Shown here: positions 25,201 through 38,683 of the stretch, piece by piece
How positions within the stretch are numbered: position 1 is the stretch's first letter
Layout of the letters: every line of letters begins with the position of its first letter
Source: Macrostomum hystrix
Lineage: Eukaryota; Animalia; Platyhelminthes
Length of the DNA stretch: 64,000 nt
Direction of reading: 5' to 3'
Assembly (NCBI GenBank): GCA_950097015.1
Contig: CATNEN010000001.1
Location: 14,942,001-15,006,000, forward strand
The notes under the pieces: model-generated
What the model saw: the letters and a program-made list of their open reading frames with translations, nothing else
What the model was told of the DNA's origin: nothing
The model's database searches: none
Made by a program: the position numbers and the translations under genes

Positions 25201-27875
25201 CTCCCCTCTTCTCCTTCACCCCTCTTCTCCTTCTCCCCTCTTCTCCTTCTCCCCTCTTCTCCTTCTCCTTCTCCCCTCTTCTCCTTCTCCCCTCTTCTCC
25301 TTCTCCCCTCTTCTCCTTCACCCCTCTTCTCCTTCTCCCCTCTTCTCCTTCTCCCCTCTTCTCCTTCTCCTTCTCCCCTCTTCTCCTTCTCCCCTCTTCT
25401 CCTTCTCCCCTCTTCTCCTTCTCCTTCTCCCCTCTTCTCCTTCTCCCCTCTTCTCCTTCTCCCCACTTCTCCTTCTCCCCTCTTCTCCTTCTCCCCTCTT
25501 CTCCTTCTCCTTCTCCCCTCTTCTCCTTCTCCCCTCTTCTCCTTCTCCTTCTCCCCACTTCTCCTTCTCCCCTCTTCTCCTTCTCCCCTCTTCTCCTTCT
25601 CCTTCTCCCCACTTCTCCTTCTCCCCTCTTCTCCTTCTCCTTCTCCCCTCTTCTCCTTCTCCTTCTCCCCACTTCTCCTTCTCTCCTCTTCTCCTTCTCC
25701 CCTCTTCTCTGTGTATAGCTGGATTGGACCAGATCAATGTAAAGAATTGACTAAACTAAGAGCAAGCCGACTGTTTATTTGAAATGTGTTGTGCTCTGCT
25801 CAATTTTGAGTCGCAGGTGTTTTCATCTCTCTTGGCTGGTTGCTCTATTTCAAAGAGACTGCTGGCTGGGTCTCAGATGGTTAAAGAGATGGGAGGATAG
25901 GCACAATAGGAGGGTACTGGCTGTTTTGTGCGACGCTGCTCAGTCAGTTTATTTCTCCCAGGGTTTGCGCACAGAATTTTTCTCATTTGCGATTATCTAC
26001 TAATCTATCCATCCATGATGCTTCTGCAGATTCGGTCATTACCCCATCCCAGTTTCGGTCATTACCCCACCCAGTTTCGGTCATTACCCTATCCCAGTTT
26101 CGGTCATTACCCCATCCCAGTTTCATTCATTACCCCATCCCAGTTTCGGTCATTACCCTATCCCAGTTTCATTCATTACCCCATCCCAGTTTCGGTCATT
26201 GCCCTATCCCAGTTTCGGTCATTGCCCTATCCCAGTTTCGGTCATTACCCTATCCCAGTTTCGGTCATTACCCCATCCCAGTTTCATTCATTACCACATC
26301 CCAGTTTCGGTCATTACCCTATCCCAGTTTCGGTCATTACCCCATCCCAGTTTCGGTCATTACCCCATCCCGGTTTCAGTCATTACCCTATTCCAGTTTC
26401 GGTCATTACCCCATCCCAGTTTCAGTCATTACCCTATCCCAGTTTCGGTCATTACACCATCCCAGTTTCAGTCATTACCCTATCCCAGTTTCGGTCATTA
26501 CCCCATCCCGGTTTCAGTCATTACCCTATTCCAGTTTCGGTCATTACCCCATCCCAGTTTCAGTCATTACCCTATCCCAGTTTCGGTCATTACCCCATCC
26601 CAGTTTCAGTCATTACCCTATTCCAGTTTCGGTCATTACCCCATCCCAGTTTCAGTCATTACCCTATTCCAGTTTCGGTCATTACCCCATCCCAGTTTCA
26701 GTCATTACCCCACCCCAGTTTCGGTCAATACCCCATCCCAGTTTCGGTCAATACCCCATCCCAGTTTAAGTCATTACCCCATCCCAGTTTCGGTCAATAC
26801 CCCATCCCAGTTTCGGTCAATACCCCACCCCAGTTTCAGTCATTACCCCATCCCAGTTTCGGTCAATACCCCATCCCAGTTTCGGTCAATACCCCATCCC
26901 AGTTTCAGTCATTACCCCATCCCAGTTTCGGTCAATACCCCATCCCAGTTTCGGTCATTACCCCATCCCAGTTTCAGTCATTACCCTATTCCAGTTTCGG
27001 TCATTACCCCATCCCAGTTTCAGTCATTACCCCACCCCAGTTTCGGTCAATACCCCATCCCAGTTTCGGTCAATACCCCATCCCAGTTTCAGTCATTACC
27101 CCATCCCAGTTTCGGTCAATACCCCATCCCAGTTTCGGTCAATACCCCACCCCAGTTTCAGTCATTACCCCATCCCAGTTTCGGTCAATACCCCATCCCA
27201 GTTTCGGTCAATACCCCATCCCAGTTTCAGTCATTACCCCATCCCAGTTTCGGTCAATACCCCATCCCAGTTTCAGTCATTACCCCATCCCAGTTTCGGT
27301 CAATACCCCATCCCAGTTTCGGTCAATACCCCATCCCAGTTTCAGTCATTACCCTATCCCAGTTTCCGTCATTACCCTATCCCAGTTTCGTTCATTACCC
27401 CATCCATTTCATCGCATCCAGGTACGTTGAGGCTCTCCCAGACCGTGTCACCGTGATCTTCAGCATTGTATTTCGCGACCCGGACGATGTGATCGTTGGC
27501 AAAGTGTTCATCCAAGAATTTGCCGAATCAAGGCGCGACTTCAACCAGGCTCCACAGGTGCTGTATTCGCATCGCAATCCGCCATCTAGTATCGCTGGCA
27601 CCGACGCCCTTGTCGCCGACAATGTCGCTTACGTCACTTTCGTCCTGTTTCCGCGTCACACGGCGCCAGACGTTCGCGACAAGACCATCGACCTGGTGCA
27701 CACGTTCCGCAACTATCTGCACTATCACATCAAGTGCAGCAAGGTCTATATTCATATGCGAATGCGGGCCAAGACTAGCGAGTTCTTGTCCATCCTCAAC
27801 CGGGCTAGGCCGGCCTTCGTTAACGAGCAGAAGGAACGCAAGACAATGTCCGGTCGGACTTTCCGTCGAGACTAA
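22251..27875 (+). CDS. ARPC2: Actin-related protein 2/3 complex subunit 2 (p34-Arc), 4 exons
   Basis: Exons 22251-22330 (MILLEVNN), 24377-24470 ([13 protein letters not shown]), 24582-24871 ([24 protein letters not shown]), 27422-27875 ([28 protein letters not shown]). Confidence 0.97.
22904..23422. mobile_element. Putative MITE with 16-bp inverted termini (atagtccggatcatgt)
   Basis: Perfect inverted repeat 22904-22919 / 23407-23422; a similar terminus at about 48948. No TSD seen. Confidence 0.6.
23487..23928. mobile_element. MITE (GG..CC termini, 8-bp TSD gcaaaaag) with repeated acttcgtcatc motifs
   Basis: About 38-bp imperfect TIRs; exact TSD at 23479-23486 and 23929-23936; in ARPC2 intron 1. 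Confidence 0.85.
25035..25708. repeat. CT-rich low-complexity tandem repeat (ctccttctcccctctt)
   Basis: ARPC2 intron 3. Confidence 0.95.
26030..27405. repeat. Intronic minisatellite, about 23-bp unit (cccagtttcggtcattaccccat)
   Basis: Tandem array ending about 15 bp before the ARPC2 exon-4 acceptor. Confidence 0.95.
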
Positions 27876-28159
27876 ATCAAAACAACAATGGAGAACGATG
27901 GACGAGGTTATAAAAAACTTTTTCCGTCTGTCTAAACTGTTGTTGAGTTTTAGCTTCCAATAAAAGTGTCGCTAACTAAAAAACGGTGTCTAGAACTTCT
28001 GTTATATCATATTCTTGAAAATCTATTTAAAAATTCTTTTTTATCACGTTTTTAATGTCTAAATTCCATTTATCCCTTTTTAAACCTATAACTGAAATAA
28101 TCTAGGTATGTTGTACATTTAAAATCCCAAATTTCAAGATTCCAAAATTGTCCTATGCC

Positions 28160-28310
28160 TAATACCTATAGCTTTTCAAGATCCCAAAATGTCACATACC
28201 TATAGCTTTTCAAGATCCCAAAATGTTACATACCTATAGCTTTTCAAGATCCCAAAATGTCACATACCTACAGCTTTTCAAGATCCCAAAATGTTACATA
28301 CCTATAGGTT
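28160..28310. repeat. Short tandem repeat, about 35-bp unit (tacctatagcttttcaagatcccaaaatgtcaca)
   Basis: Four copies. Confidence 0.85.
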
Positions 28311-28809
28311 TTAAATCCCTAGTTTTCAAGATCTTTAAACACAGAAAAACAACTATATTCAAGGTTTTGCGAGCTATTAATCTATTTAAGCAGACAATAA
28401 TTCACACTTTTTATTTGAGTTACAGAAAATTTACTACTTTCAGTAGTTTAATTTGTGTTAACAAAAGCTTTTTCACATTAGAAATCATTAATAAAATCGC
28501 GAATCTAATGTTCTGTCTCTGTGTTTAGATAAATTCATTATGACTGTCTGTTACATTGATTTTTATTCCATTATTCAAGTAACATTGTATTGTACATTAT
28601 GGAAATAAAATAGAACACATATAAGGGCATAAACAGCCTTTGTATTGTTTAAAAGCATGCTTAAATTCTGGCTAAACTCTTGATTTGCCCGTCTGTCTAA
28701 TTTTATACCTGACACAGTTCTTTTATCAATAAATTTTAATGTCATTTTATACTTGTTCATTGTTCACTTTATTTGATCTGTTAAATAATGAGGGTAACTT
28801 AACTAATGT

Positions 28810-31130
28810 ATCTAACAGCTAAAATATCACTGTCATAACAGCTAAAATATCACTGTCTAACAGCTAAAATATCACTGTCTAACAGCTAAAATGTCACTGT
28901 CATAACAGCTAAAATATCACTGTCATAACAGCTAAAATATCACTGTCTAACAGCTAAAATATCACTGTCATAACAGCTAAAATATCACTGTCATAACAGC
29001 TAAAATATCACTGTCTAACAGCTAAAATATCACTGTCATAACAGCTAAAATATCACTGTCATAACAGCTAAAATATCACTGTCTAACAGCTAAAATATCA
29101 CTGTCATAACAGCTAAAATATCACTGTCATAACAGCTAAAATATCACTGTCTAACAGCTAAAATATCCCTGTCTAACAGCTGAAATATCACTGTCTAACA
29201 GCTAAAATATCACTGTCATAACAGCTGAAATATCCCTGTCTAAAAGCTAAAATATCCCTGTCATAACAGCTGAAATATCACTGTCTAACAGCTGAAATAT
29301 CACTGTCTAACAGCTGAAATATCACTGTCTAACAGCTGAAATATCCCTGTCATAACAGCTGAAATATCACTGTCTAACAGCTGAAATATCACTGTCTAAC
29401 AGCTGAAATATCACTGTCTAACAGCTGAAATATCACTGTCATAACAGCTAAAATATCACTGTCTAACAGCTGAAATATCACTGTCATAACAGCTGAAATA
29501 TCACTGTCTAACAGCTGAAATATCACTGTCATAACAGCTAAAATATCACTGTCATAACAGCTAAAATATCACTGTCTAACAGCTGAAATATCCCTGTCAT
29601 AACAGCTGAAATATCACTGTCTAACAGCTAAAATATCACTGTCATAACAGCTAAAATATCACTGTCTAACAGCTAAAATATCACTGTCTAACAGCTGAAA
29701 TATCACTGTCATAACAGCTGAAATATCACTGTCATAACAGCTAAAATATCCCTGTCTAACAGCTGAAATATCCCTGTCATAACAGCTGAAATATCACTGT
29801 CTAACAGCTGAAATATCACTGTCATAACAGCTGAAATATCACTGTCATAACAGCTAAAATATCCCTGTCTAACAGCTGAAATATCCCTGTCATAACAGCT
29901 GAAATATCCCTGTCATAACAGCTAAAATATCCCTGTCTAACAGCTGAAATATCACTGTCATAACAGCTAAAATATCCCTGTCTAACAGCTGAAATATCCC
30001 TGTCATAACAGCTGAAATATCCCTGTCTAACAGCTGAAATATCCCTGTCATAACAGCTGAAATATCACTGTCATAACAGCTGAAATATCCCTGTCATAAC
30101 AGCTAAAATATCCCTGTCATAACAGCTAAAATATCACTGTCTAACAGCTGAAATATCACTGTCATAACAGCTAAAATATCCCTGTCTAACAGCTGAAATA
30201 TCACTGTCATAACAGCTAAAATGTCACTGTCTAACAGCTAAAATATCACTGTCATAACAACTAAAATATCCATGTCTAACAGCTAAAATATCACTGTCTA
30301 ACAGCTAAAATATCCCTGTCTAACAGCTGAAATATCACTGTCATAGCAGCTAAAATATCACTGTCTAACAGCTTAAATATCACTGTCTAACAGCTAAAAT
30401 ATCACTGTCTAACAGCTAAAATGTCACTGTCTAACAGCTGAAATATCACTGTCTAACAGCTGAAATATCACTGTCTAACAGCTGAAATATCACTGTCATA
30501 ACAGCTAAAATATCCCTGTCTAACAGCTTAAATATCACTGTCATAACAGCTAAAATATCACTGTCTAACAGCTAAAATGTCACTGTCTAACAGCTGAAAT
30601 ATCCCTGTCTAACAGCTGAAATATCACTGTCATAGCAGCTAAAATGTCCCTGTCTAACAGCTTAAATATCACTGTCTAACAGCTAAAATATCACTGTCTA
30701 ACAGCTGAAATATCACTGTCTAACAGCTAAAATATCCCTGTCTAACAGCTAAAATATCCATGTCTAACAGCTTAAATATCACTGTCTATCAGCTGAAATA
30801 TCACTGTCTAACAGCTGAAATATCACTGTCATAACAGCTAAAATATCCCTGTCTAACAGCTGAAATATCCCTGTCTAACAGCTAAAATGTCACTGTCTAA
30901 CAGCTAAAATATCCCTGTCATAATAGCTAAAATATCACTGTCTAACAGCTGAAATATCACTGTCATAACAGCTAAAATATCCCTGTCATAACAGCTAAAA
31001 TATCACTGTCTAACAGCTGAAATATCACTGTCATAACAGCTAAAATATCCCTGTCTAACAGCTGAAATATCCCTGTCATAACTGCTGAAATATCACTGTC
31101 TAACAGCTAAAATAGTTGTGTCTAACAGCT
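28810..31130. repeat. Minisatellite, 21/22-bp unit (taacagctaaaatatcactgtc[a])
   Basis: About 2.3-kb tandem array with the TGTCTAACAG core. Confidence 0.97.
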
Positions 31131-31603
31131 AAGAAATCTAAGCGATCAGTTGAATGTGTGGGTTGAATGGCGACCGTGTGCAATACGTATTGCGTCATCA
31201 TGCGCACTATATAGTAATTGCTTTTATCTACAGTCTTTTTCAACACAATTGCTTGAAACAGATGGTAATTTCCCAGTCTGTTTACAATAATTTCTCCGCA
31301 GACCAATCTACAATAGCTTGACGATAGCTTACTAATCCCAAACCAGTTGCCAAATTGCTGGTTTGAGGCCATAGCCAATCTAACCAGAAAGCTTTGATTG
31401 TTTGATTTTCTACCAAAACAGTTGGTTAAATTGAATTCTGCTTGCAATTCAAGAAAACAAATTGAGCAATTATCCCGGGATTTCACGCAACCGTGGCTGT
31501 CTATCCAAAACCGATGAGCAGGTGTGAAAAAAAGCTGATTAGAGACCTACGCCAAATGCGTCAACTCAGCGACCAACTGTGTCGATGAAGATTTTCTCCC
31601 GTC

Positions 31604-31611
31604 TATATAAG
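31604..31611 (+). promoter_or_regulatory. Putative TATA box of prepropeptide gene A
   Basis: tatataag about 70 bp upstream of ATG 31675. Confidence 0.45.
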
Positions 31612-31674
31612 CAGCTCAAGAACTGTCTTGTATCCCATAACGTTAGCGACATTTTCTAGCTATACTAACTCAAA

Positions 31675-32054
31675 ATGCTGGTCAATCAGCTTTGGTTTGT
31701 TATTCTGTGCCCCAGTCTGGTTTGGACTTTGGCCTTGCCGACCACCACATCCTTGACGACCATTGTTAATGACAACGCCGGCGACAACGATTTGATGTCC
31801 GAACTGGACAATTTGATTGTTGTTCCGACTGAAATGAGCGAGAAATCAACTCGAAGCTCTCGTTCTAAGAAAGGTGTGTAAAATTGTAATCTGCATGGGG
31901 TAAATTTCAAATCTGTCTTATCTTCAATGTTTGTCTCACAGTCAAATTGAATTTCAATTCAGTTGCAGGACTCCTGCACACTAGACTGATTCGCCAGTCC
32001 TACATTCCGCTGTTCAACTTTCTCCGAGGCGCCCTGCGTACCGAGCTGCCCTGA
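31675..32054 (+). CDS. Small secreted prepropeptide A (2 exons), unknown family
   Basis: Exon 31675-31873 (signal-like MLVNQLWFVILCPSLVWTLA-LP, acidic pro-region, RSKK-G|gt) plus exon 2 from an in-frame acceptor at 31942, 31963 or 31969 to the stop at 32054 (..GLLHTRLIRQSYIPLFNFLRGALRTELP). Paralog at 35108. Confidence 0.8.
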
Positions 32055-32299
32055 TTGGCTCCCGCGGATTCGTATTTATCGATCCATGCCCGCTGGATCG
32101 ATAATTTAATTCTTTTAATTTCCTCAAGAGAAACACTACTATTAGTAATATAGGCTTTCCTGCTTGTATAATTCCAGCCCTAGACTTGCCTGGGTAATAA
32201 AACCCTATTGCGTTATATTATACTGTATTTCACGAGTAAAAATTAAAATCTATATATATATTCGTTCAACTACTGTTCTACTGCAAGTAGTATTATTAA

Positions 32300-33185
32300 G
32301 AGTCTAATCTGGAGTCGAAGCAAGACTTCTAAGCTAGAATCGAAGCAAGAGTCTTATCTGGAATCGAAGCAAAGAGTTGAAGCTAGAATCGAAGCAAGAG
32401 TCCATTTAGAATCGAAGAAAGATTCTAATCTGGAATCGAACCAGAGTCTAATCTGGAATCGAAGCAAGAGTCTTATCTGGAATCAAAGCAAGAGTCAAAT
32501 CTAGAATCTAAGCAAAGAGTTGAATCTGGAATCGAAGCAAGAGTCAATTTAGAATCGAAGCAAGAGTCTAATCTGGAATCGAAGCAAGAGTCTAATCTGA
32601 AATTGAAGCAAGACTTCTAAGCTAGAATCGAAGCAAGAGTCAATTTAGAATCGAAGCAAGATTTGAATCTGGAATCGAAGCAAGAGTCAATTTAGAATCG
32701 AAGCAAGATTTGAATCTGGAATCGAAGCAAGAGTCTAACCTGGAATCGAAGCAAGACTTCTAAGCTAGAATCAAAGCAAGACTTCTAAGCTAGAATCGAA
32801 GCAAGAGTAAAATCTGGAATCGAAGCAAGAGTCTAACCTGGAATCAAAGCAAGACTCTAACCTGGAATCGAAGCAAGAGTCTAACCTGGAATCGAAGCAA
32901 GAGTCTAATCTGGAATCGAAGCAAAACTGAACTGGTATGGATGGAAAAAAAATCGGAATCGAAAATCGGAATCGAAGCAGAAGCCATAGTGGAATCGTAG
33001 CAGAAGCCAAAGTGGAATTGAAGCGGAAGTCAAGTTGGAATCGTAGCAAGAGTCAAATTGGATTCGGAGCAGAAGTCAAAGTGGAATCGAAGCAGGAGTC
33101 AAAGTGGAATCGAAGCAGGAGTCAAAGTGGAATCGAAGCAGGAGTCAAAGTGGAATCGAAGCAGGAGACAAAGTGGAATCGAATC
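32300..33185. repeat. Degenerate satellite with gaatcgaagca core (about 21-24 bp)
   Basis: Tandem array downstream of prepropeptide A. Confidence 0.9.
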
Positions 33186-33714
33186 AGCTTCCATAACTAC
33201 GAGGATTGAGGACTCGTAGAATTGAGTCGTGAATGAAACTTCGCTATTTGGGTTCAAACAAATATCGTTGATGAACGAGTTTGAAAAGGAGATTAAGAGA
33301 AAAAATGTAAAACAAAAAGCTAGACGGCAAAGGATTTGAACAAATGACAACAAAGCTCATTCATGCGGGATCTACATTGAGAACGTCCTCTACACGTCCC
33401 CAAGTATTCAATTGTTATTGCAACTTTTACAAGTTCCGCCTACGAGTTTAAAAAAGACTTGGCTTGTGACATCAATCAGGTCATACTCGTATTCGGGATA
33501 TGGTTTAGGCTGCGTGAGCTGCTGAATGAAAATCTGATGTTCTTCTTGCGAAGGATTAGTTATTCGTCTGAATATTTGTGTTTGGGAAAAATCTGTGAAA
33601 TAAAAATCAAATTTCGGATTTTTTTCAGGTGGGATGGGGAATTAGATTGACGGAGTGACGTGTTGGTAGAATTAAAGTGGAGTAATCTCTGTTGGACAGA
33701 AGGTAGATTGAGAG

Positions 33715-34812
33715 GGTAAAGGGAAGAGAGGGGAGAGAAGAGGGGGTAGAAGAGATGGGAGAGAAGATAGGTTAGAAGAGATGGGAGAGAAGGAGGGATG
33801 GAAGAGAGGGGAGAGAAGATGGGGTAGAAGAGAGGGGAGAGAAGATGGGGTAGAAGAGATGGGAGAGAAGATGGGGTAGAAGAGATGGGAGAGAAGATGA
33901 GGTAGAAGAGAGGAGAGAAGATGGGGTAGAAGAGAGGGGAGAGAAGATTGGGTAGAAGAGATGGGAGAGAAAATGGGGTAGAAGAGAGGGGAGAGAAGAT
34001 GGGGTAGAAGAGATGGGAGAGAAAATGGGGTAGAAGAGATGGGAGAGAAGATGGGGTAGAAGAGAGGGGAGAGAAGATGGGGTAGAAGAGAGGAGAGAAG
34101 ATGGGGTAGAAGAGATGGGAGAGAAGATGGGGTAGAAGAGATGGGAGAGAAGATGAGGTAGAAGAGGGGAGAGAAGATGGGGTAGAAGAGATGGGAGAGA
34201 AGATGAGGTAGAAGAGAGGAGAGAAGATTGGGTAGAAGAGATGGGAGAGAAGATGGGGTAGAAGAGATGGGAGAGAAGATGAGGTAGAAGAGAGGAGAGA
34301 AGATGGGGTAGAAGAGAGGAGAGAAGATTGGGTAGAAGAGATGGGAGAGAAGATGGGGTAGAAGAGATGGGAGAGAAGATGAGGTAGAAGAGAGGAGAGA
34401 AGATGGGGTAGAAGAGATGGGAGAGAAGATAGGGTAGAAGAGATGGGAGAGAAGATGAGGTAGAAGAGGGGAGAGAAGATGGGGTAGAAGAGATGGGAGA
34501 GAAGATGAGGTAGAAGAGAGGAGAGAAGATGGAGTAGAAGAGAGGGGAGAGAAGATGGGGTAGAAGAGATGGGAGAGAAAATGGGGTAGAAGAGAGGAGA
34601 GAAGATGGGGTAGAAGAGAGGGGAGAGAAGATGGGGGTAGAAGAGAGGGGAGAGAAGATGGGGTAGAAGAGAGGTGAGAGAAGATGGGGTAGAAGAGATG
34701 GGAGAGAAGATGGGGTAGAAGAGATGGGAGAGAAGATGGATTAGAAGAGATGGGAGAGAAGATGGGTTAGAAGAGAGGGGAGAGAAGAGGGAGAAAAGAG
34801 GAAAGAAGAGAG
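33715..34812. repeat. GA-rich minisatellite (gaagagatgggagagaagatggggta)
   Basis: Tandem array. Confidence 0.95.
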
Positions 34813-35107
34813 GACATTGAGAACGGCAATACAAAGATCGATCAGAATGATATTTTTTCAATCCACAATCAAAGCTCGGGTTGTTATTCCTAAAAAGTGG
34901 GATGACGCGGTTCAGGCTCTCGTGTCCACTCCTCAGCCTCATCGGCAATTCGAATTTATCTGCACCGACTTAAAAACTGCTTTTAAGCCAGTCGTTCACG
35001 CGATGTCGAATTTTTATATATATTGCAGCAATTAGTGACGATTCGGCTATCGCAGTTCAACACTTCCATCCCGACAATATAGAACTCACCTGGGTAGCCT
35101 ATGCTCA

Positions 35108-35975
35108 ATGCCTACTCAAGCCGCTGTGTTCGCCGTGGTCTGCTCCGCCGCCGCTTTCGCCGTGGCCATCGCACTGCCGATCGACGCCACTCAGAATCGG
35201 CTTCGACCGGCGAAGGATTCGTCATCGAAGCTGACGCCCGGCAAAAATGAGTCGACTGACACGGAGGTGAATCGGAAGATCGCCCAGCTGACTGTGGACT
35301 TCCTGTGGGCTTGGCTAAGAATTGTGGTCAAATCGGGCGACACTGGCGATAGAGAACACCTCGTCAGGATGGACAACAATAGGACTAAGAAAGGTTCGCT
35401 GCGGATTTGTTGATTCCTTCCGAATTATCCCAGATCCCAAATATCCTAGATCCCAAATATCCCAGATCCCAAATATCCCAGATCTCAAATATCCTAGATC
35501 CCAAATATCCCAGATCCCAAATATCCCAGATCTCAAATATCCTAGATCCCAAATATCCCAGATCCCAAATATCCCAGATCCCAAATATCCTAGATCCCAA
35601 ATATCCTAGATCCAAAATATCCCAGATCCCAAATATCCCAGCTCTCAAAAATCCTTGATCCTAAATACCCCAGATCCCAAATATCCCAGATCTCAAATAT
35701 CCTTGATCCTAAATACCCCAGATCCCAAATATCCCAGATCCCAAATATCCCAGTTCCTTAATATCCCAAATATCGGAAGTTTCTATCCAAAAAAAAAGAA
35801 ATTTCCTAACCAATTAGAAAACTCCCAAAAGCGTAAAAGCCCAAAAACTCCCAATTTCTTTTGTATCACATTTTCAGACGGTGAATGGAGGATCAACTAC
35901 CTGCGTCGCAAATCCTACATCCCAATGTTCAACTACATCCGGGAGGCCCTGCTCTACGGCCTGAGAAAGAACTGA
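35108..35975 (+). CDS. Small secreted prepropeptide B (2 exons), paralog of A
   Basis: Exon 35108-35393 (signal MPTQAAVFAVVCSAAAFAVAIA-LP ... RTKK-G|gt) plus exon 35878-35975 (DGEWRINYLRRKSYIPMFNYIREALLYGLRKN). TATA-like tatatata at about 35016. Confidence 0.82.
35425..35772. repeat. Intronic 16-bp tandem repeat (atcccagatcccaaat)
   Basis: Inside the intron of prepropeptide B. Confidence 0.9.
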
Positions 35976-36429
35976 ACCGAATCTGTTATTTCGGCAACAA
36001 TCGATTCGAATCGCGAAGATTACTCAAAGTGAACTCAAATTGCTCATCCTAACACCGTTCTTGGTAGCGCAGCACAACATTTTCTAATTCAATTTTATCA
36101 ACTCAGATAAAGGCCCTAAGCGTTTCACTATTTACTCCGCAAATAAAAAACGGAACATTTGTGGTATGTCTAAAAGTCTAATTGAATCAGAAAACAATAG
36201 TACGCCGCACAACTGCGAAGAAACTTTAAAAGTACATTAGCAAAAGTGCATGTGTAAAAATGCATTTGCACAAATTATTCTTCTGTAAAGTAAATATAAT
36301 TATTATATAAAAATATACCCATAAAACTATTGCAAATCTAACACCGAAGCCCTATTGATGGTGTAAGGCAAGCAAAACTGTGATTTTGTTCAATTTATTC
36401 AACAATGAGAAGATTCGGTTTAAAAATCT

Positions 36430-37752
36430 ATCGAAGCAGGAACCATAGCTGGAATCGAAGCAGGAGCTGTATCTGTAAGCAGGGAAATGAAGCACGAAAT
36501 CGAAGCAGGAAATCGAAGCAGAGTCTGTAGCTGAATTCGAAGCTGGGAATCGAAGCTGGAGTATTCTAACAGCTGTAATCGAAGCAGGGAATCGAAGCTG
36601 GGAATCGAAGCTGGAGTATTCTAACAGCTGTAATCGAAGCAGGGAATCGAAGCTGGGAATCGAAGCTGGAATCGAAGCAGGAAATCGAAGCAGAGTCTAT
36701 AGCTGGAATAAAAGCAGGGAATCGAAGAATCGAATCTAGAATCAAAGCAGGGAATCGAAGCAGGGAATCGAAGCTGGAGTATTCTAACAGCTGGAATCGA
36801 AGCAGGAAATCGAAGCAGGAAACCGAAGCAGGAAATCGAAGCAGGTTTCAACTGTCAAATTTCAACTTCGATCTAGCTGGAATCGAAGCAGGGAATCGAA
36901 GAATCGAATCTAGAATCGAAGCAGGGAATCGAAGCAGAGAATCGAAGCAGGGTCCGTTCGCTGGAATCAAAGCTGAGAATCAAAGAATCGAATCTAGAAT
37001 CGAAGCAAGGAATCTAATAGCTAGAATCTAAGCAGGAGCTGAAGCTAGAATCGAACCAGGAGCTGTAGCTGGAATCGAAGCAGGGAATCGAAGCTGGGAA
37101 TCGAAGCTGGAGTATTCTAACAGCTGTAATCGAAGCAGGGAATCGAAGCTGGGAATCGAAGCTGGAATCGAAGCAGGAAATCGAAGCAGAGTCTGTAGCT
37201 GGAATAAAAGCAGGGAATCGAAGAATCGAATCTAGAATCAAAGCAGGGAATCGAAGCAGGGAATCGAAGCTGGAGTATTCTAACAGCTGGAATCGAAGCA
37301 GGGAATCGAAGCTGGAAATCGAAGCTGGAGTATTCTAACAGCTGTAATCGAAGCAGGGAATCGAAGCAGGGAATCGAAGCTGGAATCGAAGCAGGAAATC
37401 GAAGCAGAGTCTGTAGCTGGAATAAAAGCAGGGAATCGAAGAATCGAATCTAGAATCAAAGCAGGGAATCGAAGCAGGGAATCGAAGCTGGAGTATTCTA
37501 ACAGCTGGAATCGAAGCAGGGAATCGAAGCAGGAAACCGAAGCAGGAAATCGAAGCAGGGAATCGAAGAATCGAATCTAGAATCGAAGCATGGAATCGAA
37601 GCAGAGAATCGAAGCAGGGTCCGTTCGCTGGAATCAAAGCTGAGAATCAAAGAATCGAATCTAGAATCGAAGCAAGGAATCTAATAGCTAGAATCTAAGC
37701 AGGAGCTGAAGCTGGAATCGAAGCAGGAGCTGTAGCTGGAATCGAAGCAGGG
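36430..37752. repeat. Satellite with gaatcgaagc core, with internal block duplications
   Basis: Tandem array downstream of prepropeptide B. Confidence 0.9.
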
Positions 37753-38262
37753 GCTAGATTAATAAATAATAGCAACTATAAATAAATTATAACAGCTTAG
37801 TTCTTTAAGTTTTTTAAAATAAACATTTACTTTCATTCCAGAACCGCATAAATTTAAATTAGACTCGATTTTTGTTTGAATTCTGCTTTGTATTTTAAAA
37901 TGAGGTGTGAAAATGATGAAAATAGATAATTGTATCAAAGCTTTCAATCGGGTTAGTCAGATTAAAACACGTCAAGCAGATAAATTGATAAATTTAAACT
38001 CATGAAAAAAAATTTTCAACTTGTACGAGCTAGATCGTAGGTCGCCGTTTAGCGATTAAAAAATGATTATTTTGTTTAAATGTTTGCGATACGTAGATAA
38101 CAAAAGAGTTGAGTAGCTTTAGTTTATTGTCATTTACTGATACGCACAATTATGTACTGGACTTACAACTGGCGAAACCCAGTTTGTTTAACAGGTACAA
38201 TGTCACATTTGACTGGTAAATTTTGTTTTAATAAGGTTCAATCGGCATGACTATCAGCATAT

Positions 38263-38683
38263 CCTAACAGGTGAAATCTGTCTATCCTAACAGATGAAAT
38301 CAGTCTATCCTAATAGGTGAAATCAGTCTATCCTAACAGGTGAAATCAGTCTATCCTAATAGGTGAAATCAGTCTATCCTAACAGGTGAAATCAGTCTAT
38401 CCTAACAGGTGAAATCAGTCTATCCTAATAGGTGAAATCAGTCTATCCTAACAGGTGAAATCAGTGTATCCTAACAGGTGAAATCAGTCTATCCTAACAG
38501 GTGAAATCAGTCTATCCTAACAGGTGAAATCAGTCTATCCTAACAGGTGAAATCAGTCTATCCTAACAGGTGAAATCAGTCTATCCTAACAGGTGAAATC
38601 AGTCTATCCTAACAGGTGAAATCAGTCTATCCTAACAAGTGAAATCAGTCTATCCTAACAGGTGAAATCAGTCTATTCTAACA
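38263..38683. repeat. Minisatellite, 23-bp unit (cctaacaggtgaaatcagtctat)
   Basis: Tandem array. Confidence 0.95.

Noticed and set aside
24899-27421. Long ORFs (up to 558 aa) with HYPIPVSV and SSPSPLF repeats
   Set aside because: Satellite read-through in ARPC2 intron 3; only 27422-27875 is coding.
33560-34948. 462-aa hydrophobic ORF
   Set aside because: Translation of the GA-rich satellite.
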